Shown: positions 56,884-62,449 of the stretch, piece by piece
Layout: each line of letters starts with the position of its first letter
How positions within the stretch are numbered: the stretch's first letter is position 1
IMG/VR virus record: IMGVR_UViG_3300034166_000053
Location: 1-62,449 of that record
Length of the DNA: 62,449 nt
From: a virus
Taxonomy: Duplodnaviria; Caudoviricetes
Direction: 5' to 3' (one strand)
Translations under genes and position numbers: made by a program
The notes under the pieces: generated by a model
Told to the model about the DNA's origin: nothing
Seen by the model: only the letters and a program-made list of their open reading frames with translations
Databases searched by the model: none

Positions 56884-58343
56884 GCTGGCATGTACTTCTT
56901 AGGATTGATCTGCTTGCCTTGCTTCGGGTTGCCAGTGCGCGCCTTGCGCACTTTGTTCATCATCTCATGCAAACGCTTAGCCCCAGCCTCGGTCGAACCA
57001 TTGCCAAGATGCGACACCACATCGGCAGGGATGACAAACTCGCCATCGGCCAGACGGGCGGGCTGCTTTCTACCGATCATGGCAGGGATGTTGTCACTCA
57101 TGCCATCACCGGGGCCTTTGAGCAAACGAGGACTGCCACCAGAAGCATAGCCACCAAGCGATGAATCCGAAGCTTGCATGATGCCGCCCCTTGCTGCTTC
57201 CGTTGCTTCACCCTGATCTTTGGCACCGGGCGGAGTTAGATCGATTTGGCCCATCGGTGTTGGTCTGCGCATGACGCCCTTATTGGGCACACGCAGGTTT
57301 GAGCGTTTATTGAGTTTGGCTTGACGAATCTGCGCGGCAGTCAAAGCGTCTTGGTAGCGAGTGTCAGGGTCAAGGTCGTAGTAAATGCCCACATCTTCGC
57401 CCTTGGGTGCGCTTGCGCCCCGACCACGTTCACCCTCTGCCAAACGAGTGTAGAAATTGAGCATCTCGGACATCGAACCACCTTTGGCGTAGCCGGGTGC
57501 ATCGCCATCTTCCATCCGAGTGGTGGGCATCTGGTCTTCTGGGCCGTCAATCGACATGACACCGCCTTTGGCGGCATACCTGGGGACGTACACATTCGGG
57601 TCGGGGTCCATCGCCTGAAAATTTTCAGACATCCGGTACTGAGGACCGTACGACCTTCTTTGAGGCATCTCTGCGCCTCCTTGGTCAAGCAGCCCCAGGT
57701 TGTACGCGCCTGTATACAGCATTGCGCCAGTCATGAACGGATGCTTATCAGCGAACGCAGTAAATTTATCAAACCCCGTCGGGCCTTGTCCCGCAACTGT
57801 ATAACTGGGTTCAGGCGCAGCACCGGGCGGTAATTGAAGCGGGCTAGTACTAGCAGGGGGAGTAAGCGTAAAGGGTTGGCCGACCTCATTAAGCATTGGC
57901 GATGCTGGAGATTGCGCGCCCATAATCCCGCTATTTGCGACATTGGCTGGACCGGGGCTTGCGGCGGTCTGCATTGCGCCTTCCATCGCTGTTTGAATCT
58001 TCGCACCGCCGGCACCGGGTCCACCTGCGGCAATTGTTTCAAGCCCAGCAGTAGGACCTGCGGCGGCAATTTGAGTCCCTGTACCACTAGTAAGTGCTTG
58101 CAGATTAGCCATTTCAGCAGCGGTAATACCGGCTCCGGCCCCAGCCCCGGCTCCTGCGGCTTGACTAGCGGCGACTTGACTAGCGGCGGCTTCAGCAGCA
58201 GCGGCTTGTGCAGCAGTTTGGGCAGCGGTCGTTCCAGCAGCGGCGGTACTAGCAGCACTAGCGGCAGCGGCAGCTTCAGCAGCAATTAGGGCTTCGGCGG
58301 CAAGAGCGGCTTCAGCCGTGGCAAATGCAGCAATGAACGGCAT
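56880..58343 (-). CDS. Internal virion protein with GPGDGMSD...DGEFVIPA domain
   Basis: Ala-rich N-terminus, four xxxGG motifs, conserved C-terminal domain. Confidence 0.65.
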   Translation of the reverse strand: MPFIAAFATAEAALAAEALIAAEAAAAASAASTAAAGTTAAQTAAQAAAAEAAASQVAASQAAGAGAGAGAGITAAEMANLQALTSGTGTQIAAAGPTAGLETIAAGGPGAGGAKIQTAMEGAMQTAASPGPANVANSGIMGAQSPASPMLNEVGQPFTLTPPASTSPLQLPPGAAPEPSYTVAGQGPTGFDKFTAFADKHPFMTGAMLYTGAYNLGLLDQGGAEMPQRRSYGPQYRMSENFQAMDPDPNVYVPRYAAKGGVMSIDGPEDQMPTTRMEDGDAPGYAKGGSMSEMLNFYTRLAEGERGRGASAPKGEDVGIYYDLDPDTRYQDALTAAQIRQAKLNKRSNLRVPNKGVMRRPTPMGQIDLTPPGAKDQGEATEAARGGIMQASDSSLGGYASGGSPRLLKGPGDGMSDNIPAMIGRKQPARLADGEFVIPADVVSHLGNGSTEAGAKRLHEMMNKVRKARTGNPKQGKQINPKKYMPA

Positions 58344-58344
58344 C

Positions 58345-58695
58345 TTATAACTCCTTGATTTCGGGCGACTCTAGGCCGGTGCCGCGAAGGTTGTGCAGGC
58401 AGCACAACACCACATCATCAGTAACGGCTATGAAAGCGTGCTTTTTACCAGCGGGGATTTTGACGATGGCGGGGGCTTTGTACTCGCCAAGAAGCTCGCC
58501 GTCCTGCCAAGCTTCGACTGTTCCACGTGAAACAAGCGTCATGTGATCGTGCGAGTGGACGTGCTGAACTATGACAGTCTTAGCCTTCTCGATGGAATAG
58601 GCCCGCACCCAGATGTCATCAACTTCAGCAAACTCGATGTAGTTAAGCTGAACTTCTTTATACGCAGGGTTTTCCCTAACGGCTGCAAGCTCCAT
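58345..58695 (-). CDS. Cupin-fold protein
   Basis: QHVHSHDHMTLVSRG...IPAGKKHAF metal-binding pattern. Confidence 0.75.
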   Translation of the reverse strand: MELAAVRENPAYKEVQLNYIEFAEVDDIWVRAYSIEKAKTVIVQHVHSHDHMTLVSRGTVEAWQDGELLGEYKAPAIVKIPAGKKHAFIAVTDDVVLCCLHNLRGTGLESPEIKEL

Positions 58696-58759
58696 GCGTG
58701 CCTCACAGAAAAGGTTTGGTCAAGTCTATCATGGGGGGTTTGTTTGATCAATTACTGCG

Positions 58760-60151
58760 TTAAGTGCCGTTTGTCAAATCCCAGAACGTCAGAGAGCCAA
58801 CTGCGTCACCAGTAGTTGCGCCCGACACGGTGCGAATAGCGATGGTGTAGATGTCGCTGACACCCGCCAACGATTCCCCAAGCTGCAAGTCCCAGTTATA
58901 CCCGGACGGATCAACGAGAGGATTTGTGCCCCCACTACCACTAGACGACACATAGTCTGTCTGAACAATCCTGCTGGCCGCAGGGAACGACATTGCCGTG
59001 GCAGAGACATCGTACTGAACGCTGGATGAAGACGATGTTACCCACGACGCGCCAGTCAGGGTTGCATTTTTTACCAGCGCAACTTCGTAGTTCTGGCTGG
59101 TAGTCGGCAGAACCTGAACCCTTGCTGGCAGAACAACCGCACCGCCGCGACCAGACGCCAGACGAATAGACACCAAAGGCAGAAATGTCGTGCTGATGGT
59201 TGCCAAAGCCGTGGTCCGCCGCGCAATGTGTCCGTAGGAATATTGCTCATAACCGCCTTCAGATATGACGCTTGAGCAGATTTGAGTCAGCGTAGCTGCA
59301 ACTGCCGAGGTTGTGGTGGTGATTTCATACCGCACAGGCAGGATAGCCGTGGTCATGTACACGGTCGTGCCGTACACGTTGGCCGTATCAAAGGTATGGC
59401 AAACAACGTATTGGCCGTTGATGACAAAACCGCAGCGCACCGAGCCAACGCCCAGCCACTCAAAATCCATCCACAAAATCTGCGGATGGGTCAAGTCCAG
59501 GGTTAGGCCAGAAGCCCCCGTGCCGTCCAGCTTGTCACCGTTCCAGTTTGCTTGCGTGACAGCCCTTGAGTTATCCACCGAGCCGCCGGTATAAGACCGC
59601 ACCACAAACGAGTTGATACCAGCATCTCGCTGAAAAAACACACCGTTTTGCGTGTTGAAGTACCCAACCTTTTGGTTGAGATTGGCCGATGTGCCGTTGT
59701 CCATTTGGAACGTGGCCAAGACCAGCAAGCCCTTACCGGGTTGATACGGGAAAGACCGATACGTCTGACGAACCACCGACCCCACGCCGCCAGCAGTCAC
59801 GCTCATGCTCACACTTGACTGGTTGGTGTTAAAGGTGGAAGCGCCGGTGCCGCTGGTTGAGGTATCAAACTGCGTGTCTGCGGCAAAGCGGCTTTGGCTG
59901 TCAAAGAGCGTGTAAGGCTCACTGACCCGCAGCCGTCCAAAAGCATCCGTGTTGGTGCCGCCAATTGATACCGGGATTGTTTCCATAGAAGTCACCAATT
60001 GGCCCAGAATGTTGTCAAGTCGGTTGAAGTACAGACGCAGAACATCAGCAAACTGATCGTGATAGCGCTTCTCGTACTCCGTGGGCGCAGTTGGCAGACG
60101 AGGCGCAACGACTCGGTTGAGTTCAAACTCTGATGTGACAATTAAGGTCAT
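58760..60151 (-). CDS. Tail spike or needle-like protein
   Basis: N-terminal PRLPTAPTEY...LRLYFNRLD anchor fused to a DAFGRLRVSEP lectin-like beta domain. Confidence 0.6.
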   Translation of the reverse strand: MTLIVTSEFELNRVVAPRLPTAPTEYEKRYHDQFADVLRLYFNRLDNILGQLVTSMETIPVSIGGTNTDAFGRLRVSEPYTLFDSQSRFAADTQFDTSTSGTGASTFNTNQSSVSMSVTAGGVGSVVRQTYRSFPYQPGKGLLVLATFQMDNGTSANLNQKVGYFNTQNGVFFQRDAGINSFVVRSYTGGSVDNSRAVTQANWNGDKLDGTGASGLTLDLTHPQILWMDFEWLGVGSVRCGFVINGQYVVCHTFDTANVYGTTVYMTTAILPVRYEITTTTSAVAATLTQICSSVISEGGYEQYSYGHIARRTTALATISTTFLPLVSIRLASGRGGAVVLPARVQVLPTTSQNYEVALVKNATLTGASWVTSSSSSVQYDVSATAMSFPAASRIVQTDYVSSSGSGGTNPLVDPSGYNWDLQLGESLAGVSDIYTIAIRTVSGATTGDAVGSLTFWDLTNGT

Positions 60152-62305
60152 TTACCGCCTGCCGTCAGGACGTATATCAATCGAAGGAACGCCCAACTGC
60201 CAGTTGACCCCGAGGCCATCTGAACTGACCTTGAACGCCATCTGCCGCCCACGGATGCGCGTGTAAACGATCTGGGTGAACTGCTGCACCGTGTAATTGC
60301 GCTGGCCCTGATAGTTCTGCGTGCTGGTGACAGTGGGCGTTTCTGCCGCACTATAGTTTGCGCCAGGGTTGTATCGAGGACGCAGGGTGAAGGTCACTGC
60401 CGGATTGTTGACGTACGACCCATCGAACGTGATGTCGGGGATCATGCGCCATGCAAAGCCATAGTTGTTTCCATCACCGATGTTGAAATCGGCAGACTGA
60501 ATGTAGGACTCAATTGCGCTTGGCGGGTTTGTTGTGCCGTCGTCCACGCCGTTCTCGTGGTAGATCAACTGCCCGTTGTAGCTTGTGGCTGTCGGGTAGT
60601 CTCTCAAAGGCGTATCCAACCACGCTGTGCGCGACAGATTGCCGTACGACCAGATGCGCTCCAAGTGGTTGTAGATGACGTACCTGTCAATCACTGTTGA
60701 ATTGGCCGAGCAGTAGAACCACCAGATTTCGTTGTAGCCCTCATTGGTGCCGCCGTAAATCTGGTACTGCTGCTGGAGGTTGATGTCGCCAAAGATGTAC
60801 TGGCGCAGGGGGCAGTACAGAGTCTCAACCCGACCAGAGTACATGTAGAACTTATCCAGCCCCATCCAGTACGTGATGTTGGCTGCGGTGGCCACGGCGT
60901 TGGGGCCAGCGATGGAGATGTTGTAGCCCAAGACCTGAAAGCCCCAGATGTACGGGGGGCCAAGGTACTGCATGGAGTAAATGGCCGCGTCAGTCCAGAC
61001 CAGAATCTCCTGCCGGGTCTGCTGGTGGGCAACGATGCTCGACCCCGTGGACAGGCGATAGCTGCCAGCCTGATTGGTCGCAGCAGGGGTCCATGTGGCG
61101 TAGTCCTCTTGATCGGACCAACGGATCAGCAGCGGGTCTTGCACCACGGAGCCGTAGTCATTGCACCCAAAGGCAATCACAAACCGCGAGGCGTCAGACA
61201 CCGTCACAGCGTTTGAAACCGTGGGGCAACCAGAGTCTGTCGTGTAGGGCGATGGGCTGGTCGGCGACAGCAGGACTGCGCGGTCATAGATCAACGGGTT
61301 GGCGTTGACCTTCCAAAGATAAAGCGCCCCGCCACGAGGGTTGATGACAAGGTCCTGGCCAAAGTTGGATTGGCTCCATAGGCGCATCTGAGCGCCAATA
61401 CCCGAGGTGGCAGCCTGCCCCCACCCAGATGCATTGCCGTACTGATTGACGGTATCTCCAGAGTTGTGCGCCACAGCGGTACTGCCCACGCCGCGAGTGC
61501 AGCCGGTAAAGGTGGTAGAGGTCTTGCCTGAGTACGTGATGTACTCACCATTGATACCGATGGCACCAGCGGCTGCAAAACCCGTCGTCGATATGACGGT
61601 GATGGTGGTGGCGCTGCTGTTTAAAGCGCCATTGAGTGTGGTGGTTGCAGAAATCACCGTCGTGCCACCAAAGCCACCAGCACCCCAGCCGGTCAAGAAG
61701 GTGAAAGTTTCCTCACCGATTGAAATCTGATACGCAAACGTAGCTGCGCCGGTCGTGCCAGAAGATGTAGCTGGAGACGCAACGGTGATTGAGTACGTGC
61801 TGGAGTCAATGTATGTGATGCGGAACTCTTGATTGAGTGCGGCGGCGGGGATGCCATTGACAGCACCACCAACCCCAGAGATGGTCACAAAGTCCCCGTT
61901 CGCTGCACCATATCCTGGGTCATTGACGATGACTGTTGTAGAGCCGTTGGTTGTCGTAAACGCATTGGCCGCGATGACGTTGGTGTCACGGATGGGCGTG
62001 ATGTCGTAAAACTCACCGCCGCTGGATTGCTGGATGTAGTACTTGAGGTGCGTGCCCAAACCCATCAGGTTGTAACCAGCCAGGGTGATCCAGTTCCACA
62101 GAGACCGGCACGTACCCCAGAACGAACCAGTTGGCGGAGCAAGACCCGTTTCTTGTATGCCCGTGTCCTTTACCCAGCCGCCCAGCTTCTCAGGGTAGCC
62201 CGAGCGAAACCGCACCTTGTCCATCTCAAACCAAGTGCCCTCATTGGCGAGGGTGGTTGACTCTCGATTGACGCCTGGGCGTAGTTGCAGTTTCTGAAGT
62301 GGCAT
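60152..62305 (-). CDS. Tail nozzle or DNA stabilization protein
   Basis: KVRFRSGYPEKLGGW, IRWSDQED, TNQAG, C-terminal IRPDGRR; start set at MPLQKL. Confidence 0.8.
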   Translation of the reverse strand: MPLQKLQLRPGVNRESTTLANEGTWFEMDKVRFRSGYPEKLGGWVKDTGIQETGLAPPTGSFWGTCRSLWNWITLAGYNLMGLGTHLKYYIQQSSGGEFYDITPIRDTNVIAANAFTTTNGSTTVIVNDPGYGAANGDFVTISGVGGAVNGIPAAALNQEFRITYIDSSTYSITVASPATSSGTTGAATFAYQISIGEETFTFLTGWGAGGFGGTTVISATTTLNGALNSSATTITVISTTGFAAAGAIGINGEYITYSGKTSTTFTGCTRGVGSTAVAHNSGDTVNQYGNASGWGQAATSGIGAQMRLWSQSNFGQDLVINPRGGALYLWKVNANPLIYDRAVLLSPTSPSPYTTDSGCPTVSNAVTVSDASRFVIAFGCNDYGSVVQDPLLIRWSDQEDYATWTPAATNQAGSYRLSTGSSIVAHQQTRQEILVWTDAAIYSMQYLGPPYIWGFQVLGYNISIAGPNAVATAANITYWMGLDKFYMYSGRVETLYCPLRQYIFGDINLQQQYQIYGGTNEGYNEIWWFYCSANSTVIDRYVIYNHLERIWSYGNLSRTAWLDTPLRDYPTATSYNGQLIYHENGVDDGTTNPPSAIESYIQSADFNIGDGNNYGFAWRMIPDITFDGSYVNNPAVTFTLRPRYNPGANYSAAETPTVTSTQNYQGQRNYTVQQFTQIVYTRIRGRQMAFKVSSDGLGVNWQLGVPSIDIRPDGRR

Positions 62306-62312
62306 GGTCGTC

Positions 62313-62449
62313 CTACGACAAAAAGAGGGCGCGTTCGTCTTTGCGGCGTTTATCCAGCCCTGGCAGCACTTTACCCCCACCCTTGTTCCAAAGCAAGAAA
62401 GCGTCTGCTGCGCCTTCCCAATCGCCCCGGTTTGCTTTCATGCGGATGC
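62313..62449 (-). CDS. Lysozyme (GH24-like endolysin), C-terminal fragment
   Basis: IRMKANRGDWEGAADAFLLWNKGGGKVLPGLDKRRKDERALFLS-stop. Confidence 0.88.
   Translation of the reverse strand, partial: IRMKANRGDWEGAADAFLLWNKGGGKVLPGLDKRRKDERALFLS

Noticed and set aside
62306-62380. N-terminal extension of the nozzle ORF or a lysozyme frameshift
   Set aside because: The extension is an alternate frame of the intact lysozyme 3' end; the nozzle starts at ATG 62305
1-62449. Prophage, integrase, tRNA or host genes
   Set aside because: None recognised; every identifiable gene is phage-type and the two ends fall in the same lysis module

Overview
Near-complete genome of a tailed dsDNA phage with podovirus-type architecture: portal, adaptors, nozzle and large ejection proteins, with no tape measure, tail tube or sheath. 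Both window ends fall in the lysis module, so the genome is probably circularly permuted with a small gap. The minus strand carries the late arm. From 23632 to 1 it runs terS, terL, portal, GroES-like chaperonin, scaffold, major capsid, glycosyltransferase, a cluster of small basic proteins, adaptors, an HNH nuclease and a large tail-fibre cassette array. From 62449 to 46258 it runs lysozyme end, nozzle, cupin, GNAT and three internal virion proteins, one of 2400 aa. The plus strand (24217-46261) carries early and replication genes: a MoxR-type AAA ATPase with an HExxH-vWA partner, VRR-NUC, PolA, Cas4-like nuclease, SNF2 helicase, SSB and primase-helicase. I saw no integrase, RNA polymerase, RT, tRNA or CRISPR. 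The most interesting signals are (1) a [F/Y/M/A]-x-x-G-G motif repeated about 14 times in six late proteins, a candidate packaging or maturation signal; (2) five fibre-tip paralogues with a constant core, AT-rich variable tips and shared gene junctions; (3) a covarying 18-bp palindrome in six early intergenic sites, exactly 44 nt after two sigma70 promoters; (4) two highly structured intergenic RNAs; and (5) an origin-like region with 42-bp-phased repeats and an IHF site. Family names come from motif recognition by eye, not database searches.
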